Assembly: GCA_965153455.1 (NCBI GenBank)
Contig: OZ234493.1
Coordinates: 28,944,213-29,008,212 of the forward strand
Length of the DNA: 64,000 nucleotides
Reading direction: 5' to 3'
Origin: Sphagnum compactum
Taxonomy: Eukaryota
Shown here: positions 37,751 through 50,088 of the stretch, piece by piece
How positions within the stretch are numbered: the first letter of the stretch is position 1
Layout: each line of letters starts with the position of its first letter
Notes under the pieces: generated by a model
What the model was told of the DNA's origin: nothing
Database searches by the model: none
What the model saw: the letters and a program-made list of their open reading frames with translations, nothing else
Translations under genes and position numbers: made by a program

Positions 37751-40700
37751 TGTTTTATTTTATTTGATTGAACATCGTGTTCCACAAAAATCGTTGTTTA
37801 GGAATTGGTTGTTTAACTTTTTTTAGAGTGCAATGAGTACATGATGATTGAACATTGTCATTTATGGAAGATTCATCTGATTTTTTTGTATACATATCAC
37901 AAGAAGAAATCTTGGGTTTTTCCTCTACCCAAATGCATTATGTTTTTAGTGAATTGGGACAAAGTTCATTAATATGTAAGTTACATGGTTTTGGTAAAAA
38001 AGGACTAATTGATTAACACATTTTTAGTGAAATGTTTTTTGGTTGTTTTGGACAGTGACATGTTGCATTAGATAATTTGTAATTTGAAAAAACTGACATG
38101 GATATTATGAGGTTTGAAGTTAATATGATGTGGATTAACATGTCACGTCATCATGTAACATTTTTAACCCTTTTTTTTTGTCACAAATTGTAAATTTTCA
38201 CAACATGTCGTGACAAAAATACATGCCTTGATTTAAAACTATTATTATTATTTGCGTTTGGTTTGGATTTTCTCAAAATATTTTGAAAATATTGACCATC
38301 ATCGTACATGTTTCATAAACCATATTTATACATGATAACATCAATGTGTCTACACATTACATACATATATGTACGAATTCATCAAGGTTTGAACACAAGA
38401 CTTCATAGAGATGCACCAAGGATTTCAACACCAAACCACTTCCAAATTTTGATGAAATAAAAAGAAAGTTCAACTTTATTATCTTTGACATGAAACTATT
38501 TAAGAAATTCAAACTATAACATACATTTTTTTTTTCAAAATTTATTCAAATGCTACAAATGAAAATATACAGATCTTGAAACTTATTCAATAATTATTCA
38601 TAAAAATAATTATAATTTATAATTATGCAATTTGAAAGGTTCAAAAGTAACTTAAAATAACATGTTATGAATAAAACAAAAAAATCTACAAATCATTTTT
38701 GTTTAAATTCATCTACAATCTTCATAAATGGAATTCAATTGAATGTGAATTCAAAAGTGTTTTCGTTAAATATTTAACAAAGATATTTTTTTGTGTAAAA
38801 TATATGTTCAATTTTTGAAGAGTTGTAAGTTATTTTTCTCAATACGATTATGTACAATATTTATTAGAAAAATTGTGATGTTATTCAAATTATAATCACC
38901 TATAAGTAGTTTTACTTACATTTGCTTATAGAAGAGTTACGGAATTACAAAATTATTTAAATCCTTCAATATTACCTTAAAAATTTATCAATTTTAAATT
39001 TGATAAAATTTCATATTTTTTTGGAAGAAAACCATTGTTGATGTTTCCCCCCTTTTAAATTGGCAAAAATTGGCCACTAAAAAGAACATTAATTAAATAA
39101 TCAATATAACCATTTTCTCTCAACATCATATTTGTAACAATATTAGTTATAGATAAAAATGATTAATTACACAACTTTAAAGAATATTACAACATATTAT
39201 TTATATTATTTTAAATTTTTTTTCCAATAATGTAGCAATACATTTTACATTTTAGAAATTAAAAAAACATAATTTGGTGATATTTTGGCATTAAAGAGTT
39301 GGATTACCTCCCCCCCCCCCCCCCCCTTTTAGTCAACAATTTTTTTTGTTTTATTTTTGGTGGCAAATTTTTGCAAGTTAGTGGTTCTTTTTGGGGGAAA
39401 AAAAAGAAAAAAAATGAAAATTCAAGGAAAAATTTCAAGGGTGGTCATTCATTCAAAAAAATAAAAATATGCTAATATAAATTTAAGGTGTTATATATTA
39501 GTTGTTGGGAAAAAGGTGTAATTTAATTACTTCTCAAATATGGTACTATTTATTTTAATATATATTTATAATTAATATAGATTATGTAATATTTATAATT
39601 TATAATAATATATGTTGGTGTAAAGATGTGTATATTTAAAAATTTAAGTAAGAATAGGGTGAGAAAATAGGTTTAAAAAATCATCTAATACAGTCCAAAA
39701 AATAAATTGTTTGATGCACATGGTTTAGAACTCTAACGATTAGTGACCCCTATGAGAATAATGCAATTTCAATAAATTTTTTAAAAGCTTTGAGATCACA
39801 AATTTGAAAGAACAAATAGAGAACAAAAAGATTATTCATAATGAATAATGATTAATAATTTCAATGTTAAAAACCATAAATAGTTCCAACATCGAACTTA
39901 CTTTAAACTTACTCCAACATGAATATATATAAAAATTAAAATTTTATAATAGGTTTTAGGACTTGTAGCCAAAATATTAAAAGAATTTAACAAATTAATA
40001 TCTTCATATATTGTCTGTAGCAAAAACATAACTATATTTTCTTATCAATAATCATTGTCATTTGAACAACACCACAAAAATAAAATAATAATAATGATAA
40101 TTCATTGATGTCATTATTATGAGATCACCATATTTTATGTTTTTATTTATTTATAATTAAAAATTTTCATCTCTAAATACTTAGACATAAACTTGTAACA
40201 AAAAAAACATAAAAACAAATGTTAAATCATGTCAACAATAAAAATAAAAATGTACCCCAAAAACATTAATTAAGATTTATATTTCTCATATATCAAGAAA
40301 TAAAATGGAGAAAGAATTTAAGCATTGTTTTCTGAGGTTTTGTTATTGTGGCATCATGAACAATTTGTAATAAAAAACTTGTCCAATGACGAACGAACTA
40401 GGGGAAAAACATAAATTTTTGTAAATGTACAAGTTTGAACATTAAATTTTTTAAATAAAAGGTCTACATGGACACTAGATTTTGTATATATGAACATTTT
40501 GACTTAATCTTTAATTCAAATATAGATGTGAAACGTAACAAATTTTTATACATCAATTTCAAGGAAATTATGGTGAGTGTAAAATGTAATTAGATAGTAA
40601 TGGATTTAACACATTCAAAATGAATTATTCAACTCATTTGCAAATGTTGATAGTTCAAGAGATGTGAGCTCTTTAGAAATTATTGCATGTGTTTTATTAA

Positions 40701-41100
40701 ATTATGATAAGTGTAAAATGCAACCCATGAGTAATGGTTTCAACATGATAAAAACGTACAATTCAATTCATTTACCATGTTGATAGTGGAAAGGATGTCA
40801 AAAAAATCACTAACCATTATAGTGCAATGTGTAAATAAAGTTAAATGCTACATAAATTTCCACATCAACAATTTGAATTTTTAAAAAAATAAAATAAGGC
40901 GACTTCTTGTGTAAGTGCAATGTGCAACTTGTGAATAACATTCTCCACTTGTTATCAAACCTTGAATCAACTTGTGCTAGATGTTAATAGTTGAAAAGTT
41001 GTTAACATAATGATTAAACAATATTACCACTCTTGTAAGGAATCTAGGGTTGAGATGTTTTCCATGTCAAAAAAATTTCCATTATTATAAAATCCAACAT

Positions 41101-41920
41101 TGTCGCAACCCCACTTTAAAGGAGTGTGAGGATGACATTCACACTCCCGAAACAGGGACTTGTGAGTTCTCCGAGACTCTCAAAAATTCAGAGTTTGATT
41201 ACAGGGGTCAAAACACCTTGCCTTAAGGTGTTCTTTATACCGTTGGAAAGCTCTTAAAGTGTAGATGTCGAAAATGGCCTCGCATGAGCCATTTAGACAT
41301 CTGCAGCACAAGTTGTGGTCAAAAGAAGGGCCGGGAGTCAAACTGGCAGTTTGACTCTCGACCACTAAAAGTCAGGAATCAACCCGACTCAGATGTGTGC
41401 AAGTGGAGTGCGACACACCGTTGGAAAGCTCTTGAAGAGAGCTACAAGTTTGCTCTAGACCTCATCCCAATCAGAGGTCTGAGCAAGGAGTTATGAACTC
41501 TCAAAGTCCCGGGAGTCCAAACCGAGACAGTTTCGAGATTCCTCCTTGGGAGTCCCGGGAAAAAGTGCCATTCGGATGCAGGTGCCGCGGAGTAACGCAG
41601 AGAATACTATATGGGGGAAGGTGGTGGCTTCCCTCGAGTCCGGGCCGTGGTGAGTCATGTGAGTCCAAGGTCACCCGTGGCTTGTCCCAACACTGAAAGT
41701 GCTTCCGATGTGAACTAACCAACTTGTTGGTTGGTTTGATGCAGGTTCGAGTAATTAAGTAAAGCTTGTCCCTCGCCCTAGTCTAATCCCGGAGCTTCAG
41801 CACGCCCCTCTACCCCTTTTAGTGCTCGAAGCTGGGAGCGTGCCCCAAGTTCCAAACAATTTCGTTGTTTGACTTCTTTGGACCCACCTTGGGTCTAACA
41901 AGGAACTTGGGAGCGTGTCA
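41101..41920 (+). mobile_element. Solo LTR (820 bp) inserted in the Helentron
   Basis: TGTCGCAACC...GCGTGTCA with AACAT TSD (41096-41100, 41921-41925). Homologous to 51263-52082. Strand is a relative label. Confidence 0.92.
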
Positions 41921-42699
41921 AACATGGAGGGAAAATTTGAGTGCTAATGAACAAGGCAATCATTATTTTCACTATGGAAATTATGCACAAATAATTTTTT
42001 AAAAATTACACTTGTTATTTGTGCACAATGATAATTATCAAATAATGGTCAAATTGGACAACTAGTTGTAATGGGTGGTAGTGAAAAAACCTAAAAAACT
42101 TTCTTATGTATATTTCATGTGATTCATAATTTGTGATCTTGTTCTTTGAATATTTGGAAACCTATTAACGAATTTCAATGTTTATTCAAAACGAGTAAGA
42201 TTTGGATAAACATCTAATACTTCAAAAATAATATTGTCAGAAAATGCCTAATCAAATTTTTTTTTCTTTTCTTTTGTGTCATATTACGATCAAAAATTAG
42301 ATTTTGGAAATGTTCCATTTGAACTTTAGGAATTTTTTTAATTTTGGTTTTAGAAATTAAGGTGGATGGACTAGGCAAAATCTCATAATTGATAGGGAAA
42401 TTTGTATTAGTTTTCATTTTTTTGTAAATATTGAATACGATTTTTACTTTGTTTTAAGTAATATTTGTATTGCAAGAAATGTTGAATAGGGAAACAACAT
42501 ATTGCCATTGTGAATCCCAATTTTTTTCAAAATGTCCATTATTGTAGAGTCAAAATTTTCATTCCAATAGAAACACGTAGTTAGTTGTGAGAATTGAATT
42601 TAAAGTTTTTGCATCCCTAATTTTGAAAAAGATGGAAAATCATCTAAACCTATGTGAAATTTGGAATCATTCATTTGAAAACTAGGTGAAGACCGAGAT

Positions 42700-43215
42700 A
42701 GACCATAACATATTCAATTACCTCAAAATGTTGAAAGTTGTAAACTATATGTAAAGGGATAGATTGAAAATCCCTTCCACATCAAGACATAATGCATTTT
42801 GATATTTTATTCCAAATGTAAATTGGCCTTTGTAAATATTCAACTATCCAAAATATTGTAGTGAAATCTCCCCACAAACGTCCCATTGTAACACATAATG
42901 CCATTTTTGTCACATACTGATGTTCATTTATCACCATACCTTGATGTAATTTTTTTTAAAACTTGGATTTAATTCTCAAATATGACATTGTTGAATTTTT
43001 TTTGTATTCAATAATAAACATTGATTTCAATGTGCCATGTTATTTTGCCTCAATTGAAGAAACAACAAACGATTATTCAATAAATAAAATATAGAATCAA
43101 AAAGATAGTTGCTTATTTCATATTTGTATGTTGAAACAAATGAAGATCATAGGAATGCAATATACGTTCAAATGATGAATCAACAAGATTTAATAAAATT
43201 GTTTCCATTATTATG
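42700..43215 (-). pseudogene. OTU-like cysteine protease domain (Helentron cargo), decayed
   Basis: SNYLFDSIFYLL...QLRQ (decayed GNCLF motif), LWGDFTTIFWIVEYLQRPIYIW, PLHIVYNFQHFE (His loop). Confidence 0.7.
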
Positions 43216-43319
43216 AACTTCAATTTAATCCAAATATATAAATAATAAAAATCACCTTCTCACACATACACATTCAAAAAGACATGGAATCAATGATTCA
43301 TTTAAAAAATTATTTACAT

Positions 43320-43682
43320 TGAATTGTTTTTTTACAACTTCTTGGATTGAAAAAATATTTAAATATAAAAAATGCTTATATTGAAAATTTATTTAAATAT
43401 AAACAAATGGTTATATTGAAAAATTATTCATATTAAAAATTTACTGTATTAAAAAACTAATTATACTGAAAAATTGCTTGGATCAAAATTTGATTGGATG
43501 GAAAAACTTCTTGGATTGAAAACTTGTTTATATTGAAAAATGAAGAATTTCTTACATTAAAATATATTGAAAAAATTTCTTACATTAAAAAACTATTGGT
43601 ACTTAAAACTGCTTGCATTGAAAAACTAATTGGATTAAAAAACCATTTGTACTTTAAAACTACTTGTATTGAAAAATCGCTT
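43320..43682. repeat. Degenerate ~18-bp minisatellite
   Basis: Recurring (TTGG/TTAT)ATTGAAAAA units. Confidence 0.65.
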
Positions 43683-43899
43683 TAAACATCCAAAAAGAAG
43701 AAATCACAAAAAGTATGTTATAGGATGTTTTCATATATATGTCCAATATTTGTATATTAATGGTAATCATAGAAAGGTTGCACAAAAACTATAATTAACA
43801 ATTGTAATGTTTAAGAGGGATTCTATTTAAAAACTTACTTCAACTCATCAAAGTGAAGCTTGCGTTTCACATTATGTTGGACATCATCATTAAAACTAA

Positions 43900-46260
43900 T
43901 TGCCAAAGGAGGAACCAACCCCTTAGCACTCAAATTTCTTTCTATTTATGAGATAAATTATTGTATGTCTTCTTGGAAACCAACAAGGGAGATGTGCCCG
44001 ACAATTTACATTTACCGCAAACAAAAATTGAAATAAGGAACTGAACTTGTTTTAGATGAGCCAAATTAAGGAATTCAAACTTTGTCATATGCACAATTGT
44101 TTCGAGCAATTTTCCTTCAATGGTTAATAATATAGGTCCATTTTTTGTTGTAGTGGGAACCCCAAATAAAACTTGATTTATGAACCTTTGATTTTGAATG
44201 ACAAACATTATAATGAACATCACCCATTGAGTAAATGATGGCATTTGCTACATGACAATTTCCACACATTTTTGGAATGAAAGTGCAGTAAAGCTAATTA
44301 TGGACAACACCTTAGTCACCTAAAGAATAAAAACAAAATATGTTAAAATAAAAAAGTAATGAAGAATGCAAAAAAAAAAAAAAAACAAAACAAAAAATTA
44401 TAATGAAAAGAAATTGAGGAAAAGAAAAGGATTTTTCCTTTAGGAGGGACATAATTAAATGGCCATTCAATTGTTAAAAAAAAATTCCTTGGGAAAAACA
44501 CAATCAGATCACCTTCCGAAGGTTATTTTTTTATGAAAAAAATTAGTTTTTTTTAAATTGGGAAGGACATAATTGAGTGGCCGCTTGATTGTTTTTAAAT
44601 TTTTTTCCCTTAGGGGCACAATTAGGTGGCCTTAAGGTGTAATCAAGTGGGCACCCGACTATTTTTAAAAAAAGGTTTTTTTGTTCCCTTAGGGACACAA
44701 TCGGTTGTGTTTTTAAGGTGTAATTAAGTGGCCACCTAGTTGCGTCCCTAAGGCCCAATTGGGTGCCCATTCGATAAATAATAATATAATAATAATAATA
44801 TATTATTAATATTAATTTTCAATTATTTAAAAAAATATTTAAAGAATATTTAATTATTTACACATTTTTCATTATTGTTTAGTATAAATGACTTATAGAT
44901 GAACATTTGGCATCATGAAATATGTTTCCTTTAATTTGAAAAAACTTTCAAAATATTTTTGAAGAAAATGAAAGGAAAGGAATTTACCTTTTTTAATGCA
45001 AGTCGAGCAATTTATAATTACCATGCAACCTGAAAAATGGGTTTGAGTAGCCTTATCAACAACCTTTGTGATAATTGTGTACTATTGTGCTCTCAAATAT
45101 TGATATCCTTTGGATGTTGTTGGCACATTTTTTATCAAGACCATAACACATTGGCATCCATTGTTTATTTTTAAAAATTGTTCATATTTTGTTTCAAAAT
45201 TATTGCCAAAAGTAAGAACATTTTGGTCAAATTCGTCTTTTTCATTTGTAATCAATAACTATTTTTCACTTTTGGGGTCAAAACTTGTAATTAGGAGCCA
45301 AAAGGATTACTTTGGAAAAGGACTACATGTCCTTTTTCCCCAAAAAAACTTTTACATGCAAATGAATTTTTTGTAGCTTGTTCTAAAAAGTATTTAAAGT
45401 TTTAAATTTCCGCATTTTAAAAAGTATGAGTGTTTTTTGAATGTGGCTAATATGTTTTTATGATTTATATTTTTTTCATTGAATTTTTTATATTATATAA
45501 GTCCTTTTAATAGTCCTTTGCAAAATTGTCTCCATCTAACACATAAGTTGTACATTTTCAAACGTCCTAAATTAAAACCAAAATTTAAAATTAGATCAAA
45601 TGAATTTTTACTCTAAGTTCTTAAACATTCATATGAGGGAAAAATGACTAACGTACCATGATTATTATGGTTTTAAATGGTAAAAAAAAAAAAAAAGTTT
45701 GATTTTGACTGATTATATTTAACATCCAACGCCCTTTTTGGCTCTTAGTTACATTTTTGACCTTTTGTTATTCCCTCCTCCCCTTACACAAACAATGATG
45801 ACAACAATAATAATAGAACTTTTATTTTGAAGAAAATTTCTAAATTCTCAAATGGAACCATGTGAAAAAACATGGGAACCAATTTAGGTTCAAAAACAAT
45901 GATTGGTGACACAATGGTTATCGATTCAACTATAATGACAACATGTATGTCATCTTTCTCAAATCCCCTTTTGGACTTTGATTCAATGTCAATAATTTTG
46001 ACGTTCATAAATATGTCTTTATTCAAATACTATTCATGCATATCTATTTGTATGAGGTAATTTGACCTTGAAAGTGACTATGATTAGAGTTGCCCTATCC
46101 AACAAATCACAATACAAATATGCATAGCTTGGATCTTCCATGTTTCTATTTGCAATTTAATCAAAGGTGCCATACCTATTGAACACCTTTGCTTCAAATG
46201 CAACATCTTTAACTCCAAAATCCAAATTACTCACTGCAACAACTAATCAAACTTCTTTCA
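43900..46260 (-). pseudogene. Three-exon RPA70-like (three OB folds plus Zn ribbon) gene carried by the Helentron, decayed
   Basis: Exon ~46260-45830: YLYCDLLDR..VTFKVKLP..YLNKDIFMNV..IESKSKRGFEK..VVIIVESITIVS..LVPMFF. Exon ~45330-44988: KxLLITN..VMVLIKNV..GYQYL. Exon 44319-~43900: CGNC...NVC then GPILLTIEGKLLETIVHMT. AG acceptor at 44321-44320, GT donor at 44987. Confidence 0.6.
44440..44772. repeat. Imperfect tandem repeat within the RPA-like intron
   Basis: Recurring GGGAC/GCACAAT...GTGGCC...CCCTTAGGG units. Confidence 0.6.
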
Positions 46261-46768
46261 CTAAAACAGTAGCCATTGTGCAAGAAAAAATTTAAAAAAT
46301 ACCAAAATGAATTTGACAACCAACACACAAAGTAGTAGAAAAATGGGATTTAGCAAAGGCACATTTGAAATAACTCAAGCTTGTAAAACACATTAATACA
46401 AAATGAAAGTTTAAGTCAAACACAATGTTTGTGCTAGTTAGAAAGAGAACTAACAAACATACAATGTAATATTTATTATGGGACAAAAAAGCCTAACTGA
46501 AACCTTAAACCTAACCTAAACCTTTTACGAATGTTCTTTGACTTTAACTAATTTTGACTACATGTTTGACTACAACGTAACAATAAATAATCATATTTAT
46601 GGTTCAGTAGCTAAGTTATGGTCTAATAATGAATAAGGTATCCTATAAATTTTAATTATGCAACTCATGGGTACATTGAAACCCTAATTGTCTCAATTCG
46701 AATTTGAAATACGACATTTTAACCCTAAACTTTTCAATTGTTTAAACATTTTTTTCATTTTCACTTCA

Positions 46769-46798
46769 ATATATATATATATCTATATGGTATGTATG

Positions 46799-46844
<46 letters not shown>

Positions 46845-46845
46845 A
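46769..46845. repeat. Compound (TA)n/(TATG)n/(CA)n microsatellite
   Basis: Direct reading. Confidence 0.9.
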
Positions 46846-48844
46846 ATATATATTGGTAAACATCAGCTTTTTCATCATGTGCAAGAAAATTTTGGTTACA
46901 CAAAAAGTTGAAATTGAATTGTTTTCCAATTTTTGGTCAAATGTATTCAGTCTTTGATTTTAAACAAGATGTGTTTTTCCTTAAAAAAATTTAATTAATT
47001 TTTTCTGTTGAAATTTTTGCCATGTTTGGTGGCCCACAAAAAATGACATTGATTTTACTATAAAAAAAAGGGGCAAATAGGGAATATCCCCCTCTTTTTT
47101 TCCCAACCACCCAACCCCACCCAAAAAATAACTCCTTAAAATAAAACTCCTTACCCCTCCCACTACCACATAATAAAACTCCTTTATTTTTCAAGTTCAC
47201 TAAAACCCCACATCTAAAAAAACAAGCCCTTCAGAGACAGGAAAAAAATTAAATATTTAAAACCCCTAGGCTCTCCTCACCCAACTTTATTTTAAAACCT
47301 GACACCTAGACTTATCCATTCAGCGTACTTTTGATTCTCCAGCCCGTATACCCGCTCAAAAGGTATTCCCACAATGTCTTTGTAGGACAGAGCCAACAAA
47401 CAAAATGGTATTCCCATGGTATGCACCACCACAAGGTATTGTGTATGTGTAAAAGCAGCACTGAAACCTTGCCATATTCTAACTACAAGATTCACTAGGG
47501 GAAAGGGTAAACCTAATATCACACATCCGTACCCTCATTAGTGCAGACTGTTATTCCCTATCCTTCCTAGCAAACAAAAAACCTACTCTCCACCAATCGT
47601 CCTTTCACAAGAGAGCACTTGGGTTCTTGTAAATGAAATAGCTATCTTGGGTATAATGTGTGCAATGGTAGGGTCGACCTATTTTTTTTGAAGCCTAGAT
47701 CTATTTAGCCATTTGGCTAAAAGAGAATTTAAAATAGCTAAAAATATGTGTTTTTTCTTTTGGGTTTTTTTAGTTGCCACATTTCTGAAGTATTTTTTGT
47801 TTTTGAAAAAACATCTCTAGATTTCTCTATTGATGTAGCCCAAAAACCTGATGGAAACTTAAACTTCGTTTTACTTTCATATGTTGTTGTTAAACTGTAT
47901 TATGGATTGTTCACCAGTTTGGCTATATCAGAATTACACAAAAAAGAAAAAAAAGAAAAAAAAGGGAAGAAAAGCCTCTGGTGTGCATGCTCTAGTGCAT
48001 CCATTGGAGGTTTTTTTCTGGTGCAATGAAGTGTGCACAATTATGGGGTAATTGTAAAGTGATGAAGTCAAATTACATAAAATTAGTTGGAGGCCACAAA
48101 TTTTCATATTCTAATCATATCTTTACAGATTCTGAAAATTGGGTTTCATGACCAAACATAACATAAGACTTAGTTGTGGATGAACCTCAACCGAGTTCAT
48201 ATTTTGGTTTCACCTAGGTAACCCATTCTATAGGAAATAGGTCTCATATATAGGTAGATAGGTAGGAAAATAGGTAACTACTAGGTAAGTAGATGGTTTA
48301 TACATAAGTAAGGGCTGCTTTTATTACCTACCTTCTAACTAATAACCTGCTTGTGGGTTGTTAATAGGTAGGTAGGTAGGTTGAACAAACAAAAGCCAAC
48401 TGAGCTAACCACCATGGTTAGCTAGGGAACTGGAGCCCAACAGAAAACTGTTTCCTCATCACATACCATTCATCCTTCATGGTGCACTGGTGGGTACTGG
48501 TTCACTGTGGCCGTTGGTTGGTGGGTTGCTTGCCTTCTAATTTAAATCATGTTTTAGTACAACAAAGTCTCCTAGTGGCGGTCGGCACTGCACAATAGTG
48601 AGCATGCGGGCTTAAAAAAAAATCAAGACAGATGCGGTCGGATATGGCAGATTCACAACAGGGTGGCCCATAAATCATAGCTTTCTTGCAGCACAAGAGT
48701 GGCATAAGGTGAAGGCAAACTGTCCGGCCACTGAGCTTGGAGAACGCGCTGAAAAAACTTGCATTTTTCACATGTGCACAACTCAAATATGACAAACGAA
48801 CAGCACACCACCAGCCTTCTGGCAGTTCGGGTAATTACTCTGTC

Positions 48845-48965
48845 GACTTTGATGTGGTTGCGCCACATGAAGTCCTCAAGTGATTTCAGATTAGCAAATT
48901 TCTTGACTTTGATGTCGCTGCGCCACGTGAAGTCCTCGAGTGATTTCAGATAAGCAAATTTCTTG
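48845..48965 (-). repeat. 60-bp tandem duplication inside an unidentified ORF (48653-49168, -)
   Basis: KKFAYLKSLEDFTWRSDIKV / KKFANLKSLEDFMWRNHIKV. Confidence 0.9.
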
Positions 48966-50088
48966 GCCACGACGCTTCTCACAACTTCTTGCATTTTTCC
49001 CTCGCTCAGTTGTCTGAGTACCTTTGCATGAATAAAATGATCATTGGGGGTGGGGGGGAGGAGGGGGCCGGCAAGCATCTCATGTGTTTTGTAAGAATTT
49101 TGTTCATAGCTAAAGTTGTGATCATCCATCGGAAGATGTGAAAAAAAAGTGGCAATCATAGGTAGCAAGATTTAGCCAAATCTGGCTATAAGCCAGATAT
49201 GAAATATAAAATATTTATTCATCCTTCAATAATGTTTTTTGGGCTACAAACTGAAAACCCAAATTTAAAAATAAATAAATAAATAAAAATCTGGATAATT
49301 TTCATTTTTATTTCCTCAATTCCAAAATCACTTCATTTTTGTTTTAAAATTTTTAAAATTTCACTTTGTAGCAAAAGTTTTGCCCATTAATAAAGGTTGT
49401 ATGTGACCCACATGAAGTCTCCAGGCCTTCAAGGGTGAACCAGCACCTACACTGGTACCATGGTAAAACCCTCAAAAAAATTGGTGGTCTTGTAAACATT
49501 TTAAAATATTTTAAAATATTTCGTCCTTAAAACCAAATCACAGGTCTGAGTCCAAATTTAACATTTCTTGGGTTCAATATAGCCACCAAGAGGCTTCCCT
49601 CACACAAGAAAGTGAAGGGAGGGAATCCTAGGAAGGGCCCTCTAACCTGACCCTCAAAGACTAGGTGAACTCTTTCTATTTTTCCACCTACCCACTATTC
49701 CCCCCCTTTATACTATTCCCTTTGATGACTTCTGGAGGAATGTTGTTGTTTCAATTTATATTATATTTTCCCATTTAAAAAATATTTTATTTGTATATAG
49801 TATACAAGCATAATTTGGTAAACAAAAATTGTCTAGGTCAATCTCATAGAGAGTGTAAAGTGCCTGCTTTAACCCAACAATGGAGTCAGATAGCCAAGGT
49901 TAAAAAACAGAATGCCAGGATTTTACTGGGGTTGGGACTAAGGTTAAACCAGTCAAACCCTGTGGTAGAAGAGTGCAGCCCAGCTTTTTTTTTTTTGGTG
50001 AACAATCATTAAAAGGTGACACCAAAAAAGGGCTTGCGATAAGGCGGTTGGAAAGAAGGGCCCCTGATTTCAGAAATTTCGTCTAAAG

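Larger units (their letters stand above)
32201..46490 (-). mobile_element. Helentron-type rolling-circle transposon (RPA70-like, OTU, RepHel-APE), decayed but apparently full length
   Basis: RepHel and APE motifs as listed below. Candidate 5' end TTTTTTGTCCCATAATAA (46490-46473). Candidate 3' end: degenerate subTIR (32230-32242, 10/13 match), then hairpin GCCTCTTGTGACAGAGC, then TACCTTGTTTT. Confidence 0.75.

Noticed and set aside
41180-41722. Short ORFs in both solo LTRs (also 51508-51786)
   Set aside because: GC-rich LTR sequence; the frames are not consistently open in both copies and show no domain motifs.
40900-42000. TET/JBP-like 2OG-Fe(II) oxygenase (HSENND...IPYKSGNIV)
   Set aside because: No HxD or distal His/Arg in a single frame; the similarity needs frame-mixing.
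44170-44270. B-box zinc finger (CGNCHVANAIIYSMGD...VCHSKSKVH)
   Set aside because: Lacks two B-box cysteines; the downstream sequence fits the zinc-ribbon OB-C fold of RPA70 better.
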